Translations under genes and position numbers: made by a program | Part shown: positions 1-9,982 of the stretch, in pieces | Layout: each line of letters opens with the position of its first letter | How positions within the stretch are numbered: position 1 is the first letter of the stretch | From: Candidatus Coprovivens sp. | GTDB taxonomy: Bacteria > Bacillota_I > Bacilli_A > RF39 > UBA660 | Assembly (NCBI GenBank): GCA_051892935.1 | Contig: JBJFGS010000024.1 | Coordinates: 1-64,000 of the forward strand | Length of the DNA: 64,000 nucleotides | Direction of reading: 5' to 3' | Notes under the pieces: model-generated | Database searches by the model: none | Seen by the model: the letters and a program-made list of their open reading frames with translations, nothing else | What the model was told of the DNA's origin: nothing

Positions 1-81
1 TATACAATATAAATTAAAAAAAATAAAGTGCCGACTTTGTCGACACTCTGAAAAATAACACTATAAGAAATAGTGTTATTT

Positions 82-1065
82 TTAATTATTTTCTAATAAA
101 AATTGTCTATATTCTTCTATTATGTTGAACATTTCTTCACTTGTTTTGCTTTGACAGATAAGATTTTTTATTTCTTTGCTTTTTGGCATGCCTTTTAAAT
201 ACCAAATTATGAAACTTCTTATTTCAAGAAGTGCGGCTTTTTCACTTTTATCTTCTAGTAATAATTTATAGTGTCGTTTCATCATTTCTACTTTTTCAAT
301 AAATGATACTGGCTCTATTTTTGTACCATTTTCTAGATATGATACACATTCTTTTATGAGCCAAGGATTACCAAGAACTCCTCTACCTATCATTACAGCA
401 TCACAACCTGTTGTATCAAGCATTTTTTTGGCAAGTTCTGGTGATGTTACATCTCCATTACCTATTACAGGAATAGATACTGCTTTCTTGACTTCTTTTA
501 TTATATTCCAATCAGCTTTTCCACTATATCCTTGAGATCTTGTACGAGCGTGAATAGCAATTGCTTTAGCTCCAGCTCGCTCGCAAATTTTAGCAACTTC
601 TACTGCATTAATATGTTTTTCATCCCATCCACTACGTATTTTAACTGTTACTGGCACGGATACCGCTTCTACTACAGATTTTACGATTTCATATATTTTT
701 TCAGGATTTTTTAATAATGCACTTCCTGCTTGTGCTCTAATTGCAACTTTTGGAACTGGGCATCCCATATTAATATCTATTATGTCTGGATGCATTTTTT
801 CTTCAACAATTTTAGCAGCTTTAACAAATGAGTCAATGTCACTACCAAATATTTGTTGTGTTATTGGTCTTTCTTTTTCATCCATTTTTAGTAAATTAAA
901 AGTCTTTTCATTAGAATACATTAGAGCTTTATCACTAACCATTTCAGCATATATTAAGCCTGCTCCCATTTCTTTAATAATTTTACGATATGATGTATTA
1001 GAAATTCCTGCCATAGGAGCTAGTACTATTTGATTTTTTATTTCTACGTTTCCTATTTTCCACAT
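82..1065 (-). CDS. dusB: tRNA-dihydrouridine synthase B
   Basis: LAPMAG, DINMGCP, KIRSGW, IHARTRSQ and GNGD motifs. Start placed at MWKIG, after a GGGGTGA RBS. Confidence 0.95.
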   Translation of the reverse strand: MWKIGNVEIKNQIVLAPMAGISNTSYRKIIKEMGAGLIYAEMVSDKALMYSNEKTFNLLKMDEKERPITQQIFGSDIDSFVKAAKIVEEKMHPDIIDINMGCPVPKVAIRAQAGSALLKNPEKIYEIVKSVVEAVSVPVTVKIRSGWDEKHINAVEVAKICERAGAKAIAIHARTRSQGYSGKADWNIIKEVKKAVSIPVIGNGDVTSPELAKKMLDTTGCDAVMIGRGVLGNPWLIKECVSYLENGTKIEPVSFIEKVEMMKRHYKLLLEDKSEKAALLEIRSFIIWYLKGMPKSKEIKNLICQSKTSEEMFNIIEEYRQFLLENN

Positions 1066-1138
1066 ATAGTTCACCCCAGATGTCATTATTATAACAAAAA
1101 TGTATAATTAAGTAAAAATAACATATAATATATAATAA

Positions 1139-1180
1139 TTAGCACTCTTTATTGACAAGTGCTAACTATTGTATTATAAT
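1139..1180 (+). promoter_or_regulatory. CIRCE operator (HrcA site) overlapping the sigma-A promoter of the Hsp20 gene
   Basis: TTAGCACTC-N9-AAGTGCTAA at 1139-1165 (one mismatch to consensus). TTGACA (1152-1157), 17 bp, TATAAT (1175-1180). Confidence 0.9.
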
Positions 1181-1207
1181 CTAGATATAGAAAGAAGGAA
1201 AATTAAG

Positions 1208-1603
1208 ATGAGTTTAATTCCAAGAAGTTTTTATTTAGATGACATCTTTGATGATTTTAATAAACCACACAGATTTAATGATATGAAATGTGATATTTAT
1301 GAATGTGAAGATAATTATTGTATAGAAATGGATATTCCAGGATACAATAAGGCAGAAATTTCAATAGAATGTAAAGATGGTTTATTAACGATTACAGCTA
1401 ACAAAGATAAAGGAGTTTCTGATCATGAAGATGGAAGAAAATATATAAGACGTGAAAGGTTTTATGGAACAATGAGTAGAACATTTAGTTTTACAGATAT
1501 CGATGAAGATAGTATTAAAGCTGAATTCAATAATGGCTGTTTAAAAGTTACTGTTCCTAAAGCTAAAAAACAGGAAACAAAAAGAGTTATCGAAATAAAT
1601 TAA
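1208..1603 (+). CDS. Hsp20/alpha-crystallin small heat-shock protein
   Basis: DIYE, DIPG, YIRRERFYG and AEFNNGCLKVTVPK motifs, plus C-terminal IEI. ATG at 1208 follows an AAGGA RBS. Confidence 0.95.
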   Translation: MSLIPRSFYLDDIFDDFNKPHRFNDMKCDIYECEDNYCIEMDIPGYNKAEISIECKDGLLTITANKDKGVSDHEDGRKYIRRERFYGTMSRTFSFTDIDEDSIKAEFNNGCLKVTVPKAKKQETKRVIEIN

Positions 1604-1633
1604 AAAAATAGGAAATTATGTATTCCTATTTTT
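1602..1633. terminator. Bidirectional intrinsic terminator
   Basis: AAAAAAATAGGAA...TTCCTATTTTTTT hairpin between convergent genes. Confidence 0.75.
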
Positions 1634-2483
1634 TTGTTGTTTCTTTTTTAGTTGTTTCCTTTTTAGTTGCAGTTTTTTTAGCAGTCGTTTTTTTGGGCTT
1701 TTCAACTATAGTTTCTTCAATGTCTTCAGTTGGTTCATCAATCATTTCTTCCTCTACTTCATCTATAAAAGTAAGTTCTTTTTCTTTGGGATTAAGAACA
1801 AATTTATAAAGAAGTGCAGCTAAAACGCCACCAACTACTGGTGCAATGATGAATACTGGCAATTGTTCCATTGCTACCCCACCAGTAAATAATGCTGGTC
1901 CAATGCTTCTTGCTGGATTAACACTTGTTCCAGTAAAAGGAATACCGAAAATGTGTACTAAAGTTAATGTAAGACCAATAACTACGCCAGAAGAACAATT
2001 TTCTTTTTTTGTTGCTGCTAATACAGTTAATACAAACACAAATGTTAGTATTAATTCTACAACAAATGCAACTTGAGTTGTAACCATAGCCCCTAAAACA
2101 CTATGAGTTTCATAGAGATTTGCACCTAATGATTCAGTACTATTCCATATAAATGAAAGAATACTTGCTCCTGCACAACCACCAATTATTTGAGCAGCTA
2201 TGTAGCATATACAATCTTTTAAGTTCATTCTACCATCAATCAAGCAAGCGATTGAAACTGCTGGATTAACATGAGCTCCTGAAACTTTTCCGAAAATAGC
2301 TATTATTGCAACTAATGCCAAGCCGAATGCTACTGCAATTATTAACCATGACCAAATATGTGGAGCAACTAGTTGTTGATCTGAAACATATTTGCTGATT
2401 GATACTGCTGTACCGCATCCGAAGAATACTAAGAACATTGTACCCAATAATTCTGCTAAATACTTTCTTAAATTATTTACCAT
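1626..2483 (-). CDS. MIP family aquaporin with an acidic then Lys/Thr-rich C-terminal tail
   Basis: SGAHVNPA and SVNPARS (two NPA motifs), and several hydrophobic segments. Confidence 0.93.
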   Translation of the reverse strand: MVNNLRKYLAELLGTMFLVFFGCGTAVSISKYVSDQQLVAPHIWSWLIIAVAFGLALVAIIAIFGKVSGAHVNPAVSIACLIDGRMNLKDCICYIAAQIIGGCAGASILSFIWNSTESLGANLYETHSVLGAMVTTQVAFVVELILTFVFVLTVLAATKKENCSSGVVIGLTLTLVHIFGIPFTGTSVNPARSIGPALFTGGVAMEQLPVFIIAPVVGGVLAALLYKFVLNPKEKELTFIDEVEEEMIDEPTEDIEETIVEKPKKTTAKKTATKKETTKKETTKK

Positions 2484-2585
2484 TTCAAATCCTCCTTGTT
2501 GTTATTATACCACTTAATTGTTAAAAATGAGCAAATATATGCTATAATTTTGATATATAATATATTTATGGTAAGGAGAATTGTT

Positions 2586-3008
2586 ATGAAAAATTTAAAA
2601 AAAGTATTATTCGGATTATTAATATTAGTAGCTATTGCATTAATAATTGTATTAGGATGTATGGCTTATGTTGATATTCAAAGTTCGGAAGCAAAAGATT
2701 ATTTAGTTGAAACATATGATTTTAATAAATCTGATTTACATATTACTAAATATACTGAATATGTTTATGAAGATATAACTGATTGTAGTTCATTATGGTT
2801 TAAAAAGTGTACTGATGATGAAAATCTACTATATAAATATACTTTCAAAACAACTGATGGTGAAATAATTGAAGTTATCGAGGATAAAGATGGAAATTTA
2901 ACTGATGATTATGAAGCTCCAACACCTACTCCTAATATAATGGAAAAAATCGATGATTCTGTTTATGAAATATCTGATGAAGAATTAATTGATGCTATAC
3001 AAGAATAG
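2586..3008 (+). CDS. Hypothetical membrane-anchored protein
   Basis: AGGAG RBS before MKNLKK, N-terminal TM segment, acidic extracellular part. Confidence 0.75.
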   Translation: MKNLKKVLFGLLILVAIALIIVLGCMAYVDIQSSEAKDYLVETYDFNKSDLHITKYTEYVYEDITDCSSLWFKKCTDDENLLYKYTFKTTDGEIIEVIEDKDGNLTDDYEAPTPTPNIMEKIDDSVYEISDEELIDAIQE

Positions 3009-3055
3009 TATTTTACATAGGAAATAGTTTTTTATATAAATATTATTTTTATAAT

Positions 3056-3081
3056 AAAAAAGTATACGGATGTATACTTTT
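3056..3081. terminator. Bidirectional intrinsic terminator
   Basis: AAAAAGTATAC-GGAT-GTATACTTTTT. Confidence 0.75.
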
Positions 3082-4404
3082 TTAAGATTCTTTAAATAAT
3101 AATTCGTCGTAACCTGATGGTAGTACATTGTTAATAATATAATCGATTAGTTTTTCTCGATTATTTTTTAGTTTATTTTCTAATATTTTTTTATACATAT
3201 CATCTAGTACTTGACCTATGTATTCTTGTTCTACACCTAAATCCATTAAATCTTTTCCACTTATCTTAATTTCGTTTTTCTTTAAGAAAGAAGATTTTCT
3301 GCTAATACTTTTTAACTTTTCATAATCATTTTCTATATTCGTTAGTTCTGATGTGTAAGCAGGGTTTTTGGCATAGTAATTAGCTTTTTTTAATTTAAAT
3401 AAATCATCTATGTTTTCACTGCCGAAGTTTGACAAGAAACTTTTTATTTTCATTTCATTATCAGATACTTGATAATCATGGAATTCAATTAGTTTAGTTA
3501 CTTTTTGAATTGTTTTTTTATTAAACTTTAAACGATTAAGTATGTCACGTGTTATTTCTGCACCTTTTTTTCCATGACCAGGATATTCATTAGTTCCATC
3601 GGCTTTTTTTACTATTGTATATGGCTTAGCTATATCATGAAATAATGCAGCTAATCTTAATTCTAGTTTGGGTTCTATTGTTTTTAACGTTACAAATGTG
3701 TGTTCTAATGCATCATATATATGATGTGGATCATTTTGATTAAATCTTTCTAATAAAGCTAATTCTGGTAAGATTTCTAAGAAAATATCAAAATATTTTT
3801 TTATATAAAAATCGCATCTAGGTACAACTAATAGTTTCGATAGTTCATCTCTAATTCGCTCAGGAGCTACCTCTTTTAATAGATTTCTATTGTCGTCCAT
3901 ATATTCTTGTGTTTCTGGATCTATGCGCATTCCATATTCAGCAGATAGTCTAATAGCTCTTAGAATTCTTAAAGGGTCGTTATAAAATATTTCATCATCT
4001 TCACCATTTACTTTGATAATCTTATTATTAATATCTTTTACCCCTGTATTATAGTCAATCAATCCATCTTCATCTGAATAAGCGAGTGCGTTCATTGTAA
4101 AATCTCTTGTTGCTAAATCTGCCTCTAAAGTATTTTCTTTTGTTCTATATTGGGCAACTTCCATAGGGAATTTGCTATTAACAATTTTTAAGTGAGACTT
4201 ATTTTCTCCAGAATAAAATGTATTATAATCTTTAAGGGCTTTTTTTATTTCTTCTAAAGATGCATTGGTACTTATGTCATAATTAGATGGCTTAATATTC
4301 ATAACCCAATTACGTACTGCTCCACCTATGATATAGGCTTCGTATCCTTTTTCATTTATTATGTTTAATACTTCATTTACAGGTTTTGGAATTACTATAT
4401 TCAT
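3082..4404 (-). CDS. CCA tRNA nucleotidyltransferase-family protein with HD domain (NTase motifs degenerate)
   Basis: GGAVR, RDFTMNA, DPLRILRA, ERIRDEL and LFHDIAKP motifs. Confidence 0.88.
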   Translation of the reverse strand: MNIVIPKPVNEVLNIINEKGYEAYIIGGAVRNWVMNIKPSNYDISTNASLEEIKKALKDYNTFYSGENKSHLKIVNSKFPMEVAQYRTKENTLEADLATRDFTMNALAYSDEDGLIDYNTGVKDINNKIIKVNGEDDEIFYNDPLRILRAIRLSAEYGMRIDPETQEYMDDNRNLLKEVAPERIRDELSKLLVVPRCDFYIKKYFDIFLEILPELALLERFNQNDPHHIYDALEHTFVTLKTIEPKLELRLAALFHDIAKPYTIVKKADGTNEYPGHGKKGAEITRDILNRLKFNKKTIQKVTKLIEFHDYQVSDNEMKIKSFLSNFGSENIDDLFKLKKANYYAKNPAYTSELTNIENDYEKLKSISRKSSFLKKNEIKISGKDLMDLGVEQEYIGQVLDDMYKKILENKLKNNREKLIDYIINNVLPSGYDELLFKES

Positions 4405-4510
4405 AGATGTGTACCTCCATATCTTTCTACCCTCTATATTATTATACTTAAATTTGTCAAATTTGTATAGTAAATTTTAGATAAAAAAATGTTACATTAA
4501 ACATGTAACA

Positions 4511-4729
4511 TCAAATTCGAGCATTTACTTCATCAGTAATAATATTATTTGATAACCAATTTCCAATTTCCACACTATGTTCTAAATAATATTGATAATA
4601 AACTTCACTTTGGTTACCACCAAATAAAAAGTTATCATTGGTATTATTTGAATCGATATTTAATACTTTAAATATATCAATATTCTTTTCCCTTATATAT
4701 TCTTTTATCTGTGATATTGTTGGTTCCAT
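4511..4729 (-). CDS. Small hypothetical protein
   Basis: 72-aa ORF with a strong AGGAGG RBS. Confidence 0.6.
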   Translation of the reverse strand: MEPTISQIKEYIREKNIDIFKVLNIDSNNTNDNFLFGGNQSEVYYQYYLEHSVEIGNWLSNNIITDEVNARI

Positions 4730-4797
4730 TGTTCCTCCTTATAATTAGTACTACCCTTTTCATTATATCATATTTCTTATTATAAAAAACATGAAGA

Positions 4798-6501
4798 TTA
4801 ATCTTCATGCTTTTCTTGTAATAGTTTATACAATCTTTCAATAGAATTACTAAATTTTTGAATAGTAAAATCATTTTTTAATTCGAACCATTTTGGCTCT
4901 TTTATATCGAATTCTTTCATATGATGGTAAATTTCTTTTTCTAAATTTAATACATAACATAATGGAAGATTATCATATAAATAATTATCATTTTTTGCTA
5001 TTTCTTGCTCATATTCTGACTTACTTGATGATGTTATAAAGTTTTTATAACTTTCAATTTGAGCGTATAGTTTAGTACCGAAAATAGTTCTTTTAGGCAT
5101 ATATTTATATAAGAACATTATTATTCCTATACATATAGAACAAATTATAAAAGTTATTATATATATTCTATTTCTTCTAAATGCAGGCAATAGCATTATT
5201 ATTAATATAAAGATAGCTAGAGCAACAATAATATATACTGATTTTTTATTTATTTTAAACTCGGTGTGTTCAACAATATTTATTAATAAATATAAAGTTA
5301 TAATACTAAATAGAACTGATATTGGTAATAGGTATAATTTGTTAATTTCGATAAATGGGACAGAAGTTAATAGAATTAAAATTGTTGCTACTATGATGAT
5401 CAAATATGCTTTTTTTCTTTCAGAAGTTTTTTCAAAATACTTGTTTTTTTCTTCATTTTCATTTGATATAGGTAATATAACATTTTTAGCTTTTTGAAAT
5501 CTTTGATATAATTCATCACTTTTAATATTGTTATCTAAAGTTATATTTTTTTCTGTTTTTCTTTCTGAAATAATATTTATATAATCTGTTAAAGATATAC
5601 TACTTGATTTTCTAAATAAAGATTTAATAAATAAAGATTCTTTATAGTTTTTACCATCATAATCTTTAACTCTTTTTAACATATAATCGTTATTATCTTT
5701 TTCTATTATTTTGATGTATCCCTTGTTTGATAACTCTAGTAATAAACAAAAAGCATCTAATTCATCACTATATCCTTTATCAATTAGTCCTAATTCTAAT
5801 GAATTCATGTTTTTAGGTAAGTTGCTATTTTTTGAAATCTTATATTTTAAATCTTTACCATATATAATCCATAATACAACACTTACTATAGTAAAAAGAA
5901 TTGGAATAATTGTAGCTATTGCTGTAGTTGGTGTTAAATATATTTTATTATAATCTATTTTAATTGTTATAACATCGTTTTGTTTTAATTCTTTTATAGT
6001 TCCTTCTATTTTATTATTACTTACTTTATATTCTATATCATCTCTTTTTTTACCATTTAAATAAATATCAACATTACTTTTATGAAAGTCTTCTTCTAAA
6101 ATAACATAAAAAGAAACATTATTAAGCATGTTGTTTAAGGTATTGGGAATTTCTATCTCATATATATTATTATCATAGTTTTTATCATTATAATTATATG
6201 AAAAAGTATACGTATATGAAGAATTATTACCACTATTTATTTTTATTGTCTTTTTATTTTTAGTTTCTGCTATATAATTAGTATTGACATTTAAATCTTT
6301 TATATCTTTAGAAAACTCTTTTTCAATAGAAACATTTTGCTCATCAAATAATAAATTCATATTTTCTTCATAAGAATATTCTCTTTTTTCAGAAACATTA
6401 ATTGTTATATCATAGCTGTCTACTTTATAATTACTTGCGTTTATTATATTTGGAATAAATAATATAACTAAAAATAAAAAATATTGTTTTAAACTTCTCA
6501 T
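4798..6501 (-). CDS. DUF2207-like membrane protein
   Basis: Signal peptide, beta-rich ectodomain, W...GKD after a TM, LSNKGYIKI, four further TMs, then MPKRT..G and YLYDNLP. Confidence 0.75.
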   Translation of the reverse strand: MRSLKQYFLFLVILFIPNIINASNYKVDSYDITINVSEKREYSYEENMNLLFDEQNVSIEKEFSKDIKDLNVNTNYIAETKNKKTIKINSGNNSSYTYTFSYNYNDKNYDNNIYEIEIPNTLNNMLNNVSFYVILEEDFHKSNVDIYLNGKKRDDIEYKVSNNKIEGTIKELKQNDVITIKIDYNKIYLTPTTAIATIIPILFTIVSVVLWIIYGKDLKYKISKNSNLPKNMNSLELGLIDKGYSDELDAFCLLLELSNKGYIKIIEKDNNDYMLKRVKDYDGKNYKESLFIKSLFRKSSSISLTDYINIISERKTEKNITLDNNIKSDELYQRFQKAKNVILPISNENEEKNKYFEKTSERKKAYLIIIVATILILLTSVPFIEINKLYLLPISVLFSIITLYLLINIVEHTEFKINKKSVYIIVALAIFILIIMLLPAFRRNRIYIITFIICSICIGIIMFLYKYMPKRTIFGTKLYAQIESYKNFITSSSKSEYEQEIAKNDNYLYDNLPLCYVLNLEKEIYHHMKEFDIKEPKWFELKNDFTIQKFSNSIERLYKLLQEKHED

Positions 6502-6601
6502 ACTATCACCCTACTATATTATTTTTATTATATCATTTTTATTTTAACAAAACTATATGAACTTTTTAGATTATGTTATAATGTTTTTTAGGGTGGTCTT
6601 T

Positions 6602-7348
6602 ATGTTTTTATTCAGTAGAGCTAGAAGAAAGGAAATTGATTCTTCTTTAGAAGAAAAAAAGTTAAGTATTACTGAAATATATTTAAGAAATATTAATGAA
6701 CATGTTGCTTATTATGGAAAAATAATGAATGTAAAGAATCCACTTGATGATAAGTCATTTTATGAAAAAATAGCTTCAGTTTATTATAAAGCAGCTATGA
6801 ATATTGTTGATTTTGTTATAGATAGATATCCTGATGATATTATTGATTCTAATAAAAATATAACACTTGATTATAATGCTCTACTTGGTCAAATGAACGA
6901 TGAAAGTAAAAAGTTGTTTATTGAGCCAAGTTATCCTGAAGTTATTTATATAAATAAAGAAAAATATCCTACTTGTATTTATATTCAGGATAATAAAGTT
7001 ATTAAAGCTGATGGTATTGAATGCTTGCCTAAATTAAGTAAGGCATTAGCTAATGAAAGAATTAATAAATTGTTTGAAGGTATGACACCAATTGAAGTAA
7101 GGGATTTATTATTACAAATGGGAATACTACCTAAAAATAATGATTTAGAAAAAACTATTAATCATCATCAGACTAAAATAAAATTACATCGTAGATTTTT
7201 AGAAAGTGTAATCTGTTTATTAATTGTTGTAGATAGAAATAGAGCGTCTAATAAAAAAGCTAAATTTTTAGCAAATAGTTTGGGAATACCTTTTGACTTT
7301 GATGCGGATGAATATGAGTATAATAAGTCTAAAAAGTTAGTAGTATAG
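6602..7348 (+). CDS. Hypothetical protein
   Basis: Long ORF. Probable start MFLFS after AGGGTGG (ORF track start is 6557). Confidence 0.7.
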   Translation: MFLFSRARRKEIDSSLEEKKLSITEIYLRNINEHVAYYGKIMNVKNPLDDKSFYEKIASVYYKAAMNIVDFVIDRYPDDIIDSNKNITLDYNALLGQMNDESKKLFIEPSYPEVIYINKEKYPTCIYIQDNKVIKADGIECLPKLSKALANERINKLFEGMTPIEVRDLLLQMGILPKNNDLEKTINHHQTKIKLHRRFLESVICLLIVVDRNRASNKKAKFLANSLGIPFDFDADEYEYNKSKKLVV

Positions 7349-7438
7349 ATAAATATTATATAAAAAGAAAAAAAATAATGATTATTTTCTTTTTTTATTG
7401 TAGAATAAAAGTTACTAAGAAGAATATGGAGTGATAAA

Positions 7439-7918
7439 ATGGTTAGATATATGGGAATTTTTTTTGAAGGTGAACAAGCAGAGCTAATCAAGTCCTTACA
7501 ACCAACTAAGTTAGAATGGACTAATGATGAAATACATTGTACTTTTAAATATAAACCTACAGAAGATGAATTATTTGATGAAATAGTTGGTCAAGAAGTA
7601 GAGGTATATTTAGTTGGATATGGTTGTGATGGAAATAATAGTGGCTTTGAAGTTGCATTTGATGAATCTTATGATTCATATTATATTAATTATCATGAAG
7701 ATAAGAAGGATGAAAATGGATTCCCTTTATTAAAACCAAAGCACATTACAGCTTCTTTATCTAAGGGAGCTGTTGCCGCTCATACAAAAGATTTAGATTT
7801 TGTTAAGTTAGCTAAACCAATTATGGTAGTCGGTAAATTTGGTTATTGGATTGCTGATAAAAAGACTCCTGGTCATATTTCTTATGAACCATATTTAAAT
7901 AAAAAAATATCAAGATAA
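7439..7918 (+). CDS. 2H phosphoesterase-fold protein (putative cyclic phosphodiesterase)
   Basis: Two HxT motifs (IHCTF, KHITA) about 69 aa apart. GGAGTGA RBS. Confidence 0.6.
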   Translation: MVRYMGIFFEGEQAELIKSLQPTKLEWTNDEIHCTFKYKPTEDELFDEIVGQEVEVYLVGYGCDGNNSGFEVAFDESYDSYYINYHEDKKDENGFPLLKPKHITASLSKGAVAAHTKDLDFVKLAKPIMVVGKFGYWIADKKTPGHISYEPYLNKKISR

Positions 7919-7933
7919 GACTTTTATATATAC

Positions 7934-8431
7934 TCACTTTATAGTGAGTTTTTCTTTTATTTGAAGATATTCGTTAAATAACTTTTCTTCTATTCCTTTT
8001 TGACAATTTGCTGGAGATGGACTTGGTAAATAAATTGCTTTTATTTTGGTTTTTGGATAACAATATTTATTATATAATTCATAAGCTTTTTTACCTGTAG
8101 TAAATATAGTTTTTATCTGAGATGAATTTATTATAGGTAATAAATCATTGGGAATAGGATTTTTAATTGTAGTATCACTTGAAGAATTTATGTCACAACT
8201 TTTTAATACATCAAATAATGCTATATTATGTTTTAATAAAAAATTTATTCTATCTTCTTTTGTATTTTCTATTTTTTCATTAAATACTTTGGATAAAGTC
8301 TTCCAAAAACGATTTTGATTATTGGCATAATAAAAGCCAATTTCTCTTGATTTTACTGAAGGTATTGTTCCTAATATTAAGACTTTAGAATTTTTATCAT
8401 ATATAGGTTTTAATGGATGAATTACTTTCAT
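7934..8431 (-). CDS. DNA-deoxyinosine glycosylase (UDG superfamily)
   Basis: LILGTIPSVKSR..GFYYA...NRFW and LPSPSPAN motifs. Confidence 0.9.
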   Translation of the reverse strand: MKVIHPLKPIYDKNSKVLILGTIPSVKSREIGFYYANNQNRFWKTLSKVFNEKIENTKEDRINFLLKHNIALFDVLKSCDINSSSDTTIKNPIPNDLLPIINSSQIKTIFTTGKKAYELYNKYCYPKTKIKAIYLPSPSPANCQKGIEEKLFNEYLQIKEKLTIK

Positions 8432-8558
8432 GTATTATTCTTCTTTCTTCTTTTATATTAATATATACTATATTATATAATGTATTTATAATATATTTTT
8501 TTGTTGTTTAATTTAATAATTTATACTAGAATAATAAATACATTGGGAGGTTTTATAT

Positions 8559-9683
8559 ATGGGATTTAATGAAGCTATTACGTATTTTAGAAATAAAGTT
8601 CATAAAGCAGACAATAATAGTTTGGAAAATTTACATTCAGATTTGCCTAAAATAATAATAACAGATACTCTATTATTAACAACATTAGGGCAATGGATGG
8701 GAGTTTTACCTGACTCTGTTAAAATTGGTGGAAATGGTACATATGTCATAACACATTTATTTGCCAATGAGCTAATAAAAAAAGGAAATATTTCTAGAGA
8801 TGACTTTGAACTTGTAAATAAAAAATTTGCTAATATAATTAAAATGGCTGGCTTTGGTCAAGGTAATACTTGTAAACTATATAATTTTGATAACAAAAAT
8901 TTAGCTTTTGATTGTATGTTTGAAGAAACAGGAGAAATAGCTAAAATGAAAATTAGCTTAGGAGATTATTGGGAAAATTTACCATCTCTTTGTATTGATT
9001 TTGATGGTATAAAAATTGTATATGAATACTTATCTGAAAATGAGGATAGACCTGATAAATTATATATTCAACATGTTACAAAAGATATAGATGATAAAGA
9101 TAAGAAGTTTTATCATTTTGTAAGTCAATTCTCATATTATGGGGATGTTTATGATAGTGAAAATAAAGTATCTGTAAAAATCGATTATCCAAATATACTT
9201 GAAATGGATAGAAATACTAATCCTTATGTAGATGAAAAGAAAATGGAAGAAGCTTTATCATCTATTACTTTTCCTGTTAATATTGAAGAGCTATGTCATA
9301 TAGTTTCTAATTCATTATTAGGAGAAGTAAATGATTTTAAAAATATATCTATTACCGTAAAGAAAATGAATGGCATGAAAGAAGGAAATGTAACTGATCA
9401 AGCGGAATTTAGTAATGGTTATTTAGTAAAACTTATTATAACTAGAGATGGAAAAAAGATTACTTTAACAAACTTCGAGGAATGGGCTTATAATACTGAT
9501 AGATATACTGTTTCTCAAACTAACGATAAAAATGTTAGTTATGGATTTAGAGATGTTTCAATTAATGATTTAGATACTATTCCTACTCCACAAGAAATGA
9601 TAAGTACAGCTTCTGAAGAAGTTGAAAAAGTAAGAATTCTTGCTAAAACATTGTTACAACCAAAGAAAAAGAATACTGAATAA
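8559..9683 (+). CDS. Hypothetical protein
   Basis: 374-aa ORF with a GGAGG RBS. No recognised motif. Confidence 0.75.
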   Translation: MGFNEAITYFRNKVHKADNNSLENLHSDLPKIIITDTLLLTTLGQWMGVLPDSVKIGGNGTYVITHLFANELIKKGNISRDDFELVNKKFANIIKMAGFGQGNTCKLYNFDNKNLAFDCMFEETGEIAKMKISLGDYWENLPSLCIDFDGIKIVYEYLSENEDRPDKLYIQHVTKDIDDKDKKFYHFVSQFSYYGDVYDSENKVSVKIDYPNILEMDRNTNPYVDEKKMEEALSSITFPVNIEELCHIVSNSLLGEVNDFKNISITVKKMNGMKEGNVTDQAEFSNGYLVKLIITRDGKKITLTNFEEWAYNTDRYTVSQTNDKNVSYGFRDVSINDLDTIPTPQEMISTASEEVEKVRILAKTLLQPKKKNTE

Positions 9684-9982
9684 GATTTATTATAAGATAA
9701 ACTCAAAGTTTATATTATAATTATAAATTAAATATAGAGATTAAGAAAATAGCAAAAAAATTATACTTTGTTATATACTTATCTCTTTTTTTATATTTGA
9801 ACTTTGTATGATAATAATATCATATAATGGGATTTTATCAATAAAATATTTCACGTTTAATAATGTTAAAAAAAATGCAAACAATCTCATTTGGACTGTC
9901 TACATTTTTTATCATTTCATTTTATTTATACTTTTTTTGATTCTAGGCTGCTCTTTTCTATATAGTTAATATTTTTTTAGTA

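Noticed and set aside
4677-4874. 65-aa minus-strand ORF
   Set aside because: It overlaps two better-supported genes in another frame and has no RBS.
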